Below are positions 15,001 through 29,521 of a DNA stretch of 64,000 nucleotides, in pieces. How positions within the stretch are numbered: the stretch's first letter is position 1; each line of letters starts with the position of its first letter. Position numbers and translations under genes: made by a program. The notes beneath the pieces are model-generated. The model was not told where the DNA came from. It saw only the letters and a list, made by a program, of their open reading frames with translations, and searched no databases. This DNA comes from Centroscyllium fabricii (taxonomy: Eukaryota), in NCBI GenBank assembly GCA_051313645.2, contig JBNRSN020000029.1, positions 44,578,001-44,642,000 of the forward strand. Reading direction: 5' to 3'.

Positions 15001-18000
15001 GAGGGATCAGTTTGTGTTATGGAGTGAGGGATCAGTTTGTGTTATGGTGTGAGGGATCAGTTTGTGTTTTGGAGTGAGAGATCAGTTTATGTTGTGGAGT
15101 GAGGGATCAGTTTGTTGTGGAGTGAGGGATCTGTTTGTGTTATGGAGTGAGGGATCAGTTTGTTTTATGGAGTGAGGGATCAGTTTGTGTCATGGAGTGA
15201 GGGATCAGTTTGTGTTATGGAGTGAGGGATCAGTTTGTGTTATGGAGTGAGGGATCAGTTTGTGTTACGGAGTGAGGGATCAGTTTGTGTTTTTGACTGA
15301 GGGATCTGTTTGTGTTATGGAGTGAGGGATCAGTTTGTGTTATGGATTGAGGGATCTGTTTGTGTTATAGAGTGAGGGATCAGTTTGTGTTATGGAGTGA
15401 GAGATCAGTTTGTGTTATGGAGTGAGGGATCAGTTTGTGTTATGGTGTGAAGGATCAGTTTGTGTTATGGAGTGAGGGATCAGTTTGTGTTATGGAGTGA
15501 GGGATCTGTTTGTGTTATGGAGTGAGGGATCAGTTTGTTTTATTGACTGCGGGATCTGTTTGTGTTATGGAGTGAGGGATCAGTTTGTGTTATGGTGTGA
15601 CGGATCAGTTTGTGTTATGGAGTGAGGGATCACTTTGTGTTATGGAGTGAGGAATCAGTTTGTGTTATGGAGTGAGGGATCAGTGTGTTGTGGAGTGAGG
15701 GATCAGTTTGTGTTATGGAGTGAACGATCAGTTTGTGTTATGGAGTGAGGGATCAGTTTGTGTTATGGAGTGAGGGATCAGTTTGTGTTATGGAGTGAGG
15801 GATCAGTTTGTGTTAATGACTGAGGGTTCAGTTTGTGTTATGGAGTGAGGGATCAGTTTGTGTTATGGAGTGAGTGATCTGTTTGTGTTAATGACTGAGG
15901 GATCAGTTTGTGTTATGGAGTGAGGGATCAGTTTGTGTTATGGTGTGAGGGATCAGTTTGTGTTTTGGAGTGAGAGATCAGTTTATGTTATGGAGTGAGG
16001 GATCAGTTTGTTGTGGAGTGAGGGATCTGTTTGTGTTATGGAGTGAGGGATCAGTTTGTTTTATGGAGTGAGGGATCAGTTTGTGTCATGGAGTGAGGGA
16101 TCAGTTTGTGTTATGGAGTGAGGGATCAGTTTGTGTTATGGAGTGAGGGATCAGTTTGTGTTACGGAGTGAGGGATCAGTTTGTGTTTTTGACTGAGGGA
16201 TCTGTTTGTGTTATGGAGTGAGGGATCAGTTTGTGTTATGGATTGAGGGATCTGTTTGTGTTATAGAGTGAGGGATCAGTTTGTGTTATGGAGTGAGAGA
16301 TCAGTTTGTGTTATGGAGTGAGGGATCAGTTTGTGTTATGGTGTGAAGGATCAGTTTGTGTTATGGAGTGAGGGATCAGTTTGTGTTATGGAGTGAGGGA
16401 TCTGTTTGTGTTATGGAGTGAGGGATCTGTTTGTGTTATGGAGTGAGCGATCAGTTTGTGTTATGGAGAGAGGGATCAGTTTGTGTTGTGGAGTGAGAGA
16501 TCAGTTTGTGTTATGGAGTGAGGGATCAGTTTGTGTTATGGAGTGAGGGATCAGTTTGTGTTAATGACTGAGGGATCAGTTTGTGTTATGGAGTGAGGGA
16601 CCAGTTTGTGTTATGGAGTGAGGGATCAGTTTGTGTTATGGAGTGAGTGATCTGTTTGTGTTATGGAGTGAGGGATCAGTTTGTGTTATTGAATGATGGA
16701 TCAGTTTGTGTTATGGAGAGAGCGATCAGTTTGTGTTATGGAGTGAGGGATCTGTTTGTTTTATGGAGTGAGGGATCAGTTTGTGTCATGGAGTGAGGGA
16801 TCAGTTTGTGTTATGGAGTGAGGGATCAGTTAGTGTTATGGAGTGAGGGAGCAGTTTGTGTTATGGAGTGAGGGATCAGTTTCTGTTATTGACTGAGGGA
16901 TCTGTTTGTGTTATGGAGTGAGGGATCAGTTTGTGTTATGGTGTGAGGGATCAGTTTCTGTTACGGAGTGAGGGATCAGTTTGTGTTCTGGAGTGAGGGA
17001 TCAGTTTGTGTTATGGAGTGAGGGATCAGTGTGTTGTGGAGTGAGGGATCAGTTTGTGTTATGGAGTGAGCGATCAGTTTGTGTTATGGGGTGAGGGATC
17101 AATTTGTGTTAATGACTGAGGGTTCAGTTTGTGTTATGGAGTGAGGGATCAGTTTGTGTTATGGAGTGAGGGATCAGTTTGTGTTATTGATTGAGTAATC
17201 TGTTTGTTTTATGGAGTGAGTGATCAGTTTGTGTTATGGTGTGAGGGATCAGTTTGTGTTATGGAGTGAGGGATCAGTTTGTGTTATGGAGTGAGGGATC
17301 AGTGTGTTGTGGAGTGAGGGATCAGTTTGTGTTATGGAGTGAGCGATCAGTTTGTGTTATGTAGTGAGGGATCAGTTTGTGTTATGGAGTGAGGGAACAG
17401 TTTGTGTTATGGAGTGAGGGATCAGTTTGTGTTATGGATTGAGGGATCAGTTTGTGTTAATGACTGAGGGTTCAGTTTGTGTTTTGGAGTGAGGGATCAG
17501 TTTGTGTTATGGAGTGAGTGATCCGTTTGTGTTAATGACTGAGGGATCAGTTTGTGTTATGGAGTGAGGGATCAGTTTGTGTTATGGTGTGAGGGATCAG
17601 TTTGTGTTTTGGAGTGAGAGATCAGTTTATGTTATGGAGTGAGGGATCAGTTTGTTGTGGAGTGAGGGATATGTTTGTGTTATGGAGTGAGGGATCAGTT
17701 TGTGTTATTGAGTGAGGGATCAGTTTGTGTCATGGAGTGAGGGATCAGTTTGTGTTATGGAGTTAGCGATCAGTTTGTGTTATGGAGTGAGGGATCAGTT
17801 TGTGTTACGGAGTGAGGGATCAGTTTGTGTTTTTGACTGAGGGATCAGTTTGTGTTATGGAGTGAGGGATCAGTTTGTGTTATGGAGTGAGGGATCAGTT
17901 TGTGTTATGGAGTGAGGGATCAGTTTGTGTTATGGAGTGAGGGATCAGTTTGTGTTAATGACTGAGGTTTCAGTTTGTGTTATGGAGTGAGGGATCAGTT

Positions 18001-21000
18001 TGTGTTATGGAGTGAGTGATCTGTTTGTGTTAATGACTGAGGGATCAGTTTGTGTTATGGAGTGAGGGATCAGTTTGTGTTATGGTGTGAGGGATCAGTT
18101 TGTGTTTTGGAGTGAGAGATCAGTTTATGTTATGGAGTGAGGGATCAGTTTGTTGTGGAGTGAGGGATCTGTTTGTGTTATGGAGTGAGGGATCAGTTTG
18201 TTTTATGGAGTGAGGGATCAGTTTGTGTCATGGAGTGAGGGATCAGTTTGTGTCATGGAGTGAGGGATCAGTTTGTGTTATGGAGTGAGGGATCAGTTTG
18301 TGTTATGGAGTGAGGGATCAGTTTGTGTTACAGAGTGAGGGATCAGTTTGTGTTTTTGACTGAGGGATCAGTTTGTGTTATGGAGAGAGGGATCAGTTTG
18401 TGTTATGGAGTGAGGGATCAGTTTGTGTTATGGAGTGAGGGATCAGTTTTTGTTATGGAGTGAGGGATCAGTGTGTGGTGGAGTGAGGGATCAGTTTGTG
18501 TTATGGAGTGAGGGATCAGTTTGTGTTATGGTGTGAAGGATCAGTTTGTGTTATGGAGTGAGGGATCAGTTTGTGTTTTGGAGTGAGGGATCTGTTTGTG
18601 TGATGGAGTGAGGGATCAGTTTGTCTTATGGAGTGAGGGATCTGTTTGTGTTATGGAGTGAGAGATCAGTTTGTGTTATGGTGTGAAGGATCAGTTTGTG
18701 TTATGGAGTGAGGGATCAGTTTGTGTTATGGAGTGAGGGATCTGTTTGTGTTATGGAGTGAGGGATCTGTTTGTGTTATGGAGTGAGCGATCAGTTTGTG
18801 TTATGGAGAGAGGGATCAGCTTGTTTTGTGGAGTGAGAGATCAGTTTGTGTTATGGAGTGAGGGATCAGTTTGTGTTATGGAGTGAGGGATCAGTTTGTG
18901 TTATGGAGTGAGAGATCAGTTTATGTTATGGAGTGAGGGATCAGTGTGTTGTGGATTGAGGGATCAGTTTGTGTTATGGAGTGAGGGATCAGTTTGTGTT
19001 ATGGAGTGAGGGATCAGTTTGTGTTAATGACTGAGGGATCAGTTTGTGCTATGGAGTGAGGGATCAGTTTGTGTTATGGAGTGAGCGATCGGTTTGTGTT
19101 ATGGAGTGAGGGATCAGTTTGTGTTATGGAATGATGGATCAGTTTGTGTTATGGAGAGAGCGATCAGTTTGTGTTATTGACTGAGGTATCAGTTTGTGTT
19201 ATGGAGTGAGGGATCAGTTTGTGTTATGGAGTGAGGGATCAGTTTGTGTTATGGAGTGAGGGATCAGTTTGTGTTATTGACTGAGGTATCAGTTTGTGTT
19301 ATGGAGTGAGGGATCAGTTTGTGTTATGGAGTGAGGGATCAGTTTGTGTTATGGAGTGAGGGATCAGTTTGTGTTATGGAGTGAGGGATCAGTTAGTGTT
19401 ATGGAGTGAGGGAGCAGTTTGTGTTATGGAGTGTGGGATCAGTTTGTGTTATTGACTGAGGGATCTGTTTGTGTTATGGAGTGAGGGATCAGTTTGTGTT
19501 ATGGTGTGAGGGATCAGTTTGTGTTACGGAGTGAGGGATCAGTTTGTGTTCTGGAGTGAGGGATCAGTTTGTGTTATGGAGTGAGGGATCAGTGTGTTGT
19601 GGAGTGAGGGATCAGTTTGTGCTATGGAGTGAGCGATCAGTTTGTGTTATGGAGTGAGGGATCAGTTTGTGTTATGGAGTGAGGGATCAGTTTGTGTTAT
19701 GGAGTGAGGGATCAGTTTGTGTTAATGACTGAGGGTTCAGTTTGTGTTATGGAGTGAGGGAGCAGTTTGTGTTATGGAGTGAGGGATCAGTTTGTGTTAT
19801 TGATTGAGTGATCTGTTTATTTTATGGAGTGAGGGATCAGTTTGTGTTATGGTGTGAGAGATCAGTTTGTGTTATGCAGTGAGGGATCAGTTTGTGTTAT
19901 GGAGTGAGGGATCAGTTTGTGTTATGGAGTGAGGGATCAGTTTGTGTTATGGATTGAGGGATCAGTTTGTGTTAATGACTGAGGGTTCAGTTTGTGTTAT
20001 GGAGTGTGGGATCAGTTTGTGTTATGGAGTGAGCGATCAGTTTGTGTTATGTAGTGAGGGATCAGTTTGTGTTATGGAGTGAGGGATCAGTTTGTGTTAT
20101 GGAGTGAGGGATCAGTTTGTGTTATGGATTGAGGGATCAGTTTGTGTTAATGACTGAGGGTTCAGTTTGTGTTATGGAGTGTGGGATCAGTTTGTGTTAT
20201 GGAGTGAGTGATCTGTTTCTGTTAATGACTGAGGGATTAGTTTGTGTTATGGAGTGAGAGATCAGTTTATGTTATGGAGTGAGGGATCAGTTTGTTGTGG
20301 AGTGAGGGATCTGTTTGTGTTATGGAGTGAGGGATCAGTTTGTGTTATTGAGTGAGGGATCAGTTTGTGTCATGGAGTGAGGGATCAGTTTGTGTTATGG
20401 AGAGAGGGATCAGTTTGTGTTATGGAGTGTGGGATCAGTTTGTGTTATTGACTGAGGGATCTGTTTGTGTTATGGAGTGAGGGATCAGTTTGTGTTATGG
20501 TGTGAGGGATCAGTTTGTGTTACGGAGTGAGGGATCAGTTTGTGTTCTGGAGTGAGGGATCAGTTTGTGTTATGGAGTGAGGGATCAGTGTGTTGTGGAG
20601 TGAGGGATCAGTTTGTGCTATGGAGTGAGCGATCAGTTTGTGTTATGGAGTGAGGGATCAGTTTGTGTTATGGAGTGAGGGATCAGTTTGTGTTATGGAG
20701 TGAGGGATCAGTTTGTGTTAATGACTGAGGGTTCAGTTTGTGTTATGGAGTGAGGGATCAGTTTGTGTTATGGAGTGAGGTATCAGTTTGTGTTATTGAC
20801 TGAGGTATCAGTTTGTTTTATGGAGTGAGTGATCAGTTTGTGTTATGGAGTGAGGGAGCAGTTTGTGTTATGGAGTGAGGGATCAGTTTGTGTTATTGAT
20901 TGAGTGATCTGTTTATTTTATGGAGTGAGGGATCAGTTTGTGTTATGGTGTGAGGGATCAGTTTGTGTTATGCAGTGAGGGATCAGTTTGTGTTATGGAG

Positions 21001-24000
21001 TGAGGGATCAGTTTGTGTTATGGAGTGAGGGATCAGTTTGTGTTATGGATTGAGGGATCAGTTTGTGTTAATGACTGAGGGTTCAGTTTGTGTTATGGAG
21101 TGTGGGATCAGTTTGTGTTATGGAGTGAGCGATCAGTTTGTGTTATGTAGTGAGGGATCAGTTTGTGTTATGGAGTGAGGGATCAGTTTGTGTTATGGAG
21201 TGAGGGATCAGTTTGTGTTATGGATTGAGGGATCAGTTTGTGTTAATGACTGAGGGTTCAGTTTGTGTTATGTAGTGTGGGATCAGTTTGTGTTATGGAG
21301 TGAGTGATCTGTTTCTGTTAATGACTGAGGGATTAGTTTGTGTTATGGAGTGAGGGATCAGTTTGTGTTATGGTGTGAGGGATCAGTTTGTGTTTTGGAG
21401 TGAGAGATCAGTTTATGTTATGGAGTGAGGGATCAGTTTGTTGTGGAGTGAGGGATCTGTTTGTGTTATGGAGTGAGGGATCAGTTTGTGTTATTGAGTG
21501 AGGGATCAGTTTGTGTCATGGAGTGAGGGATCAGTTTGTGTTATGGAGAGAGGGATCAGTTTGTGTTATGGAGTGAGGGATCAGTTTGTGTTACGGAGTG
21601 AGGGATCAGTTTGTGTTTTTGACTGAGGGATCAGTTTGTGTCATGGAGTGAGGGATCAGTTTGTGTCATGGAGTGAGGGATCAGTTTGTGTTATGGAGTG
21701 AGGGATCAGTGTGTTGTGGAGTGAGGGATCAGTTTGTGTTATGGAGTGAGGGATCAGTTTGTGTTATGGTGTGAAGGATCAGTTTGTGTTATGGAGTGAG
21801 GGATCAGTTTGTGTTATGGAGTGAGGGATCTGTTTGTGTTATGGAGTGAGGGATCAGTTTGTGTTATGGAGTGAGGGATCTGTTTGTGTTATAGAGTGAG
21901 GGATCAGTTTGTGTTATGGAGTGAGAGATCAGTTTGTGTTATGGAGTGAGGGATCAGTTTGTGTTATGGTGTGAAGGATCAGTTTGTGTTATGGAGTGAG
22001 GGATCAGTTTGTGTTATGGAGTGAGGGATCTGTTTGTGTTATGGAGTGAGGGATCTGTTTGTGTTATGGAGTGAGGGATCAGTTTGTGTTATGGTGTGAG
22101 GGATCAGTTTGTGTTATGGAGTGAGGGATCTGTTTGAGTTATGGCGTGAGGGATCAGTTTGTGTTATGGAGTGAGAGATCAGTTTGTGTTATGGAGTGAG
22201 AGATCAGTTTATGTTATGGAGTGAGGGATCAGTTTATGTTATGGAGTGAGGGATCAGTTTGTGTTATGGAGTGAGGGATCAGTGTGTTGTGGATTGAGGG
22301 ATCAGTTTGTGTTATGGAGTGAGGGATCAGTTTGTGTTATGGAGTGAGGGATCAGCTTGTGTTATTGACTGAGGTATCAGTTGTGTTATGGAGTGAGGGA
22401 TCAATTTGTGTTATGGAGTGAGGGATCAGTTTGTGTTATGGAGTGAGGGATCAGTTTGTGTTATGGAGTGAGGGAGCAGTTTGTGTTATGGAGTGAGGGA
22501 TCAGTTTGTGTTATTGACTGAGGGATCTGTTTGTGTTATGGTGTGAGGGATCAGTTTGTGTTATGGTGTGAGGGATCAGTTTGTGTTACGGAGTGAGGGA
22601 TCAGTTTGTGTTACGGAGTGATGGATCAGTTTGTGTTATGGAGTGAGGGATCAGTGTGTTGTGGAGTGAGGGATCAGTTTGTGTTATGGAGTGAGCGATC
22701 AGTTTGTGTTATGGAGTGAGGGATCAGTTTGTGTTATGGAGTGAGGGATCAGTTTGTGTTATGGAGTGAGGGATCAGTTTGTGTTAATGACTGAGGGTTC
22801 AGTTTGTGTTATGGAGTGAGGGATCAGTTTGTGTTATGGAGTGAGTGATCTGTTTGTGTTAATGACTGATCGATCAGTTTGTGTTATGGAGTGAGGGATC
22901 AGTTTGTGTTATGGTGTGAGGGATCAGTTTGTGTTATGGATTGAGGGATCTGTTTGTGTTATAGAGTGAGGGATCAGTTTGTGTTATGGAGTGAGAGATC
23001 AGTTTGTGTTATGGAGTGAGGGATCAGTTTGTGTTATGGATTGAGGGATCTGTTTGTGTTATAGAGTGAGGGATCAGTTTGTGTTATGGATTGAGGGATC
23101 TGTTTGTGTTATGGAGTGAGGGATCTGTTTGTGTTATGGAGTGAGCGATCAGTTTGTGTTATGGAGTGAGGGATCAGTTTGTGTTATGGAGTGAGGGATC
23201 AGTTTGTGTTATGGAGTGAGGGATCTGTTTGTGTTATGGAGTGAGGGATCAGTTTGTGTTATGGAGTGAGGGATCAGTTTGTGTTATGGAGTGAGAGATC
23301 AGTTTGTGTTATGGAGAGCGCGATCAGTTTGTGTTATGGAGTGAGGGATCAGTTTGTGTTAATGACTGAGGGATCAGTTTGTGTTATGGAGTGAGGGATC
23401 AGTTTGTGTTATGGAGTGAGGGATCAGTTTGTGTTATGGAGTGAGTGATCTGTTTGTGTTATGGAGTGAGGGATCAGTTTGTGTTATTGAATGATGGATC
23501 AGTTTGTGTTATGGAGAGAGCGATCAGTTTGTGTTATGGAGTGAGGGATCTGTTTGTTTTATGGAGTGAGGGATCAGTTTGTGTTATGGAGTGAGGGATC
23601 AGTTTGTGTTATTGACTGAGGTATCAGTTTGTGTTATGGAGTGAGGGATCAGTTTGTGTCATGGAGTGAGGGATCAGTTTGTGTTATGGAGTGAGGGATC
23701 AGTTAGTGTTATGGAGTGAGGGAGCAGTTTGTGTTATGGAGTGAGGGATCAGTTTGTGTTATTGACTGAGGGATCTGTTTGTGTTATGGAGTGAGGGATC
23801 AGTTTGTGTTATGGTGTGAGGGATCAGTTTCTGTTACGGAGTGAGGGATCAGTTTGTGTTCTGGAGTGAGGGATCAGTTTGTGTTATGGAGTGAGGGATC
23901 AGTTTGTGTTATGGAGTGAGGGATCAGTTTGTGTTATGGAGTGAGCGATCAGTTTGTGTTATGGAGTGAGGGATCAGTTTGTGTTATGGAGTGAGGGATC

Positions 24001-27000
24001 AGTTTGTGTTATGGAGTGAGGGATCAATTTGTGTTAATGACTGAGGGTTCAGTTTGTGTTATGGAGTGAGGGATCAGTTTGTGTTATGGAGTGAGGGATC
24101 AGTTTGTGTTATTGATTGAGTGATCTGTTTGTTTTATGGAGTGAGGGATCAGTTTGTGTTATGGAGTGAGTGATCAGTTTGTGTTATGGAGTGAGGGAGC
24201 AGTTTGTGTTATGGAGTGAGGGATCAGTTTGTGTTATTGATTGAGTGATCTGTTTGTTTTATGGAGTGAGGGATCAGTTTGTGTTATGGTGTGAGGGATC
24301 AGTTTGTGTTATGGAGTGAGGGATCAGTTTGTGTTATGGAGTGAGGGATCAGTGTGTTGTGGAGTGAGGGATCAGTTTGTTTTATGGAGTGAGCGATCAG
24401 TTTGTGTTATGTAGTGAGAGATCAGTTTGTGTTATGGAGTGAGGGATCAGTTTGTGTTATGGAGTGAGGGATCAGTTTGTGTTATGGAGTGAGGGACCTG
24501 TTGGTGTTATGGAGTGAGGGATCAGTTAGTGTTATGGAGTGAGGGAGCAGTTTGTGTTATGGAGTGTGGGATCAGTTTGTGTTATTGACTGAGGGATCTG
24601 TTTGTGTTATGGAGTGAGGGATCAGTTTGTGTTATGGAGTGAGGGATCAGTGTGTTGTGGATTGAGTGATCAGTTTGTGTTATGGAGTGAGGGATCAGTT
24701 TATGTTATGGAGAGCGCGATCAGTTTGTGTTATGGAGTGAGGGATCAGTTTGTGTTATGGAGTGAGGGATCAGTGTGTTGTGGATTGAGGGATCAGTTTG
24801 TGTTATGGAGTGAGGGATCAGTGTGTTGTGGATTGAGGGATCAGTTTGTGTTATGGAGTGAGGGATCAGTTTGTGTTATGGAGTGAGGGATCAGTTTGTG
24901 TTAATGACTGAGGGATCAGTTTGTGTTATGGAGTGAGGGATCAGTTTGTGTTATGGAGTGAGGGATCAGTGTGTTGTGGATTGAGGGATCAGTTTGTGTT
25001 ATGGAGTGAGGGATCAGTTTGTGTTATGGAGTGAGGGATCAGTTTGTGTTAATGACTGAGGGATCAGTTTGTGTTATGGAGTGAGTGATCGGTTTGTGTT
25101 ATGGAGTGAGGGATCAGTTTGTGTTATGGAATGATGGATCAGTTTGTGTTATGGAGAGAGCGATCAGTTTGTGTTATGGAGTGAGGGATCTGTTTGTTTT
25201 ATGGAGTGAGGGATCAGTTTGTGTTATGGAGTGAGGGATCAGTTTGTGTTATTGACTGAGGTATCAGTTTGTGTTATGGAGTGAGGGATCAGTTTGTGTT
25301 ATGGAGTGAGGGATCAGTTTGTGTTATGGAGTGAGGGATCAGTTAGTGTTATGGAGTGAGGGAGCAGTTTGTGTTATGGAGTGTGGGATCAGTTTGTGTT
25401 ATTGACTGAGGGATCTGTTTGTGTTATGGAGTGAGGGATCAGTTTGTGTTATGGTGTGAGGGATCAGTTTGTGTTACGGAGTGAGGGATCAGTTTGTGTT
25501 CTGGAGTGAGGGATCAGTTTGTGTTATGGAGTGAGGGATCAGTGTGTTGTGGAGTGAGGGATCAGTTTGTGCTATGGAGTGAGCGATCAGTTTGTGTTAT
25601 GGAGTGAGGGATCAGTTTGTGTTATGGAGTGAGTGATCAGTTTGTGTTATGGAGTGAGGGAGCAGTTTGTGTTATGGAGTGAGGGATCAGTTTGTGTTAA
25701 TGACTGAGGGTTCAGTTTGTGTTATTGACTGAGGTATCAGTTTGTTTTATGGAGTGAGTGAGCAGTTTGTGTTATGGAGTGAGGGAGCAGTTTGTGTTAT
25801 GGAGTGAGGGATCTGTTTATTTTATGGAGAGAGGGATCAGTTTGTGTTATGGTGTGAGGGATCAGTTTGTGTTATGCAGTGAGGGATCAGTTTGTGTTAT
25901 GGAGTGAGGGATCAGTTTGTGTTATGGAGTGAGCGATCAGTTTGTGTTATGGATTGAGGGATCAGTTTGTGTTAATGACTGAGGGTTCAGTTTGTGTTAT
26001 GGAGTGTGGGATCAGTTTGTGTTATGGAGTGAGTGATCTGTTTCTGTTAATGACTGAGGGATTAGTTTGTGTTATGGAGTGAGGGATCAGTTTGTGTTAT
26101 GGTGTGAGGGATCAGTTTGTGTTTTGGAGTGAGAGATCAGTTTATGTTATGGAGTGAGGGATCAGTTTGTTGTGGAGTGAGGGATCTGTTTGTGTTATGG
26201 AGTGAGGGATCAGTTTGTGTTATTGAGTGAGGGATCAGTTTGTGTCATGGAGTGAGGGATCAGTTTGTGTTATGGAGTGAGGGATCAGTTTGTGTTATGG
26301 AGTGAGGGATCAGTTTGTGTTACGGAGTGAGGGATCAGTTTGTGTTTTTGACTGAGGGATCAGTTTGTGTCATGGAGTGAGGGATCAGTTTGTGTTATGG
26401 AGTGAGGGATCAGTTTGTGTTATGGAGTGAGGGATCAGTGTGTTGTGGAGTGAGGGATCAGTTTGTGTTATGGAGTGAGGGATCAGTTTGTGTTATGGTG
26501 TGAAGGATCAGTTTGTGTTATGGAGTGAGGGATCAGTTTGTGTTATGGAGTGAGGGATCTGTTTGTGTTATGGAGTGAGGGATCAGTTTGTGTTATGGAG
26601 TGAGGGATCTGTTTGTGTTATAGAGTGAGGGATCAGTTTGTGTTATGGAGTGAGAGATCAGTTTGTGTTATGGAGTGAGGGATCAGTTTGTGTTATGGAG
26701 TGAGGGATCTGTTTGTGTTATGGAGTGAGGGATCAGTTTGTGTTGTGGAGTGAGAGATCTGTTTGTGTTATGGAGTGAGGGATCAGTTTGTGTTATGGTG
26801 TGAGGGATCAGTTTGTGTTATGGAGTGAGGGATCTGTTTGAGTTATGGCGTGAGGGATCAGTTTGTGTTATGGAGTGAGGGATCAGTTTATGTTATGGAG
26901 AGCGCGATCAGTTTGTGTTATGGAGTGAGGGATCAGTTTGTGTTATGGAGTGAGAGATCAGTTTATGTTATGGAGAGCGCGATCAGTTTGTGTTATGGAG

Positions 27001-28523
27001 TGAGGGATCAGTTTATGTTATGGAGTGAGGGATCAGTTTGTGTTATGGAGTGAGGGATCAGTGTGTTGTGGATTGAGGGATCAGTTTGTGTTATGGAGTG
27101 AGGGATCAGTTTGTGTTATGGAGTGAGGGATCAGCTTGTGTTATTGACTGAGGTATCAGTTGTGTTATGGAGTGAGGGATCAGTTTGTGTTATGGAGTGA
27201 GGGATCAGTTTGTGTTATGGAGTGAGGGATCAGTTTGTGTTATGGAGTGAGGGAGCAGTTTGTGTTATGGAGTGAGGGATCAGTTTGTGTTATTGACTGA
27301 GGGATCTGTTTGTGTTATGGTGTGACGGATCAGTTTGTGTTATGGTGTGAGGGATCAGTTTGTGTTACGGAGTGAGGGATCAGTTTGTGTTATGGAGTGA
27401 TGGATCAGTTTGTGTTATGGAGTGAGGGATCAGTGTGTTGTGGAGTGAGGGATCAGTTTGTGTTATGGAGTGAGCGATCAGTTTGTGTTATGGAGTGAGG
27501 GATCAGTTTGTGTTATGGAGTGAGGGATCAGTTTGTGTTATGGAGTGAGGGATCAGTTTGTGTTAATGACTGAGGGTTCAGTTTGTGTTATGGAGTGAGG
27601 GATCAGTTTGTGTTATGGAGTGAGTGATCTGTTTGTGTTAATGACTGATCGATCAGTTTGTGTTATGGAGTGAGGGATCAGTTTGTGTTATGGTGTGAGG
27701 GATCTGTTTGTGTTTTGGAGTGCGAGATCAGTTTATGTTATGGAGTGAGGGATCAGTTTGTTGTGGAGTGAGGGATCTGTTTGTGTTATGGAGTGAGGGA
27801 TCAGTTTGTGTTATGGAGTGAGGGATCAGTTTGTGTCATGGAGTGAGGGATCAGTTTGTGTTATGGAGTGAGGGATCAGTTTGTGTTATGGAGTGAGGGA
27901 TCAGTTTGTGTTACGGAGTGAGGGATCAGTTTGTGTTTTTGACTGAGGGATCAGTTTGTGTTATGGAGTGAGCAATCGTTTTGTGTTATGGAGTGAGCGA
28001 TCAGTTTTTGCTATGGAGTGAGGGATCAGATTGTGTTATGGCGTAAAGAGATCAGTTTGTGTTATGGAGTGAGGGATCAGTTTGTGTTATGGAGTGAGGG
28101 ATCAACTTGTGTTTTGAGGTGAGGGATCAGTTTGTGTTATGGAGAGAGGGATCTATTTGTGTTATGGAGTGAGGGATCAGTTTGTGTTATGGAGTGAGGG
28201 ATCAGTTTGTGTTATGGAGTGAGGTATCAGTGTGTTGTGGAGTGAGGGATCAGTTTGTGTTATGGAGTGAGGGATCAGTTTGTGTTATGGTGTGAAGGAT
28301 CAGTTTGTGTTATGGAGTGAGGGATCAGTTTGTTTTATGGAGTGAGGGATCTGTTTGTGTTTTGGAGTGAGGGATCAGTTTGTGTTATGGAGTGAGGGAT
28401 CTGTTTGTGTTATAGAGTGAGGGATCAGTTTGTGTTATGGAGTGAGAGATCAGTTTGTGTTATGGAGTGAGGGATCAGTTTGTGTTATGGTGTGAAGGAT
28501 CAGTTTGTGTTATGGAGTGAGGG

Positions 28524-29521
28524 TGTCACAGTGTGCCTGTCCCTTTAAGGTTTCAAAGACAGCTTGGTTGTGTGCAGCACAGCTGTATTGAGGACTTGTT
28601 CCCCTGTTATTCTATTATCTTATCGATTATCTGTTTCACTTGCCTGTTTGTCCCTGTTCTCGTTGCCTGCAGCTTATTGGCTAACACCAAATGATCTGTT
28701 TGCCGGTTTGGCTCATAAGCTGGAGGTCTTGACGAGACAGGTGCGGGATCATTGAATTAGCTACATTCATTGGATTGACTTTCTTCATACTGCTGGAGGA
28801 GTTGGTTTCTGTGCTGAGCTGCTGAGAGATGCAATGGGGTTTGGAGTTCATATCGCTCAGCCTTGACATTGCACTCTGCTATCTGAAGCTCAGGCTTGGA
28901 CATTCATCTGTCGAGTAAGGGTGTTCCCCTGCTAGTGGATCAGGTATTCTCTTCCTCAGAAGACTCCGTGGGAGTGAGTCTCGACCACAGGGTGGACTCG
29001 GAAGAGATTCAGTATCAACTCCTTGGACATTTGGTCATTATCACCCGAACTTAGGTTTGGACGTTGCTGTAGGGTATGTGAGGAGTCTTAAGGATTAAGG
29101 ATGGTATTCTCTTCCTCAGAAGACTCCGTTGGAGTGAGTCTCGACCGCAGGGCGGACTCGGAAGAGATCCAGTATCTACTCCCAGGACATTGCTTGCACC
29201 CACCTGTATTCAGGATTTGGACATGTATTCCTCCGGTCAATGATGCGCTTGGCTGCGTAGCATTCCTCTACTCTATTCCACACAATTTTGGAAAGTATTG
29301 TACCAGTTCCGAATGGAACTTGTTTTCTATTTCTATCTTGTTATTTTGTAACTGTATGAAGCTTGTGCCAGTCTTCAGCAAAGACTTGTTTAGATGTGTA
29401 TATATATTTGTGTATGAATGCATTTATTTGGGTTTTCGGTAATCTGTTTATATTAAAGGAGTTTTGCTTTAGAAAGACGTTTCAGTGTCTCTGCATTTGG
29501 GCCCCACCACATTCCATTACA
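28524..29521 (+). mobile_element. Solo LTR (998 bp) inserted in the satellite
   Basis: TGTCAC...TTACA termini. 5-bp target-site duplication GAGGG (28519-28523 / 29522-29526). ATTAAA near 29452 suggests + orientation. No recognisable coding domains. Confidence 0.85.
28943..29191 (+). repeat. ~89-bp internal direct repeat (2 copies, 160 bp apart) in the solo LTR
   Basis: GGTATTCTCTTCCTCAGAAGACTCCG...GGAAGAGAT at 28943 and 29103; the same pair is at 32863 and 33023 in the second LTR copy. Confidence 0.9.

Noticed and set aside
28943-29191. Hammerhead ribozyme (retrozyme) in the solo LTR
   Set aside because: The minus strand has CTGAGGA and the plus strand CAGAAGA, but there is no correctly placed GAAA or complete three-stem core.
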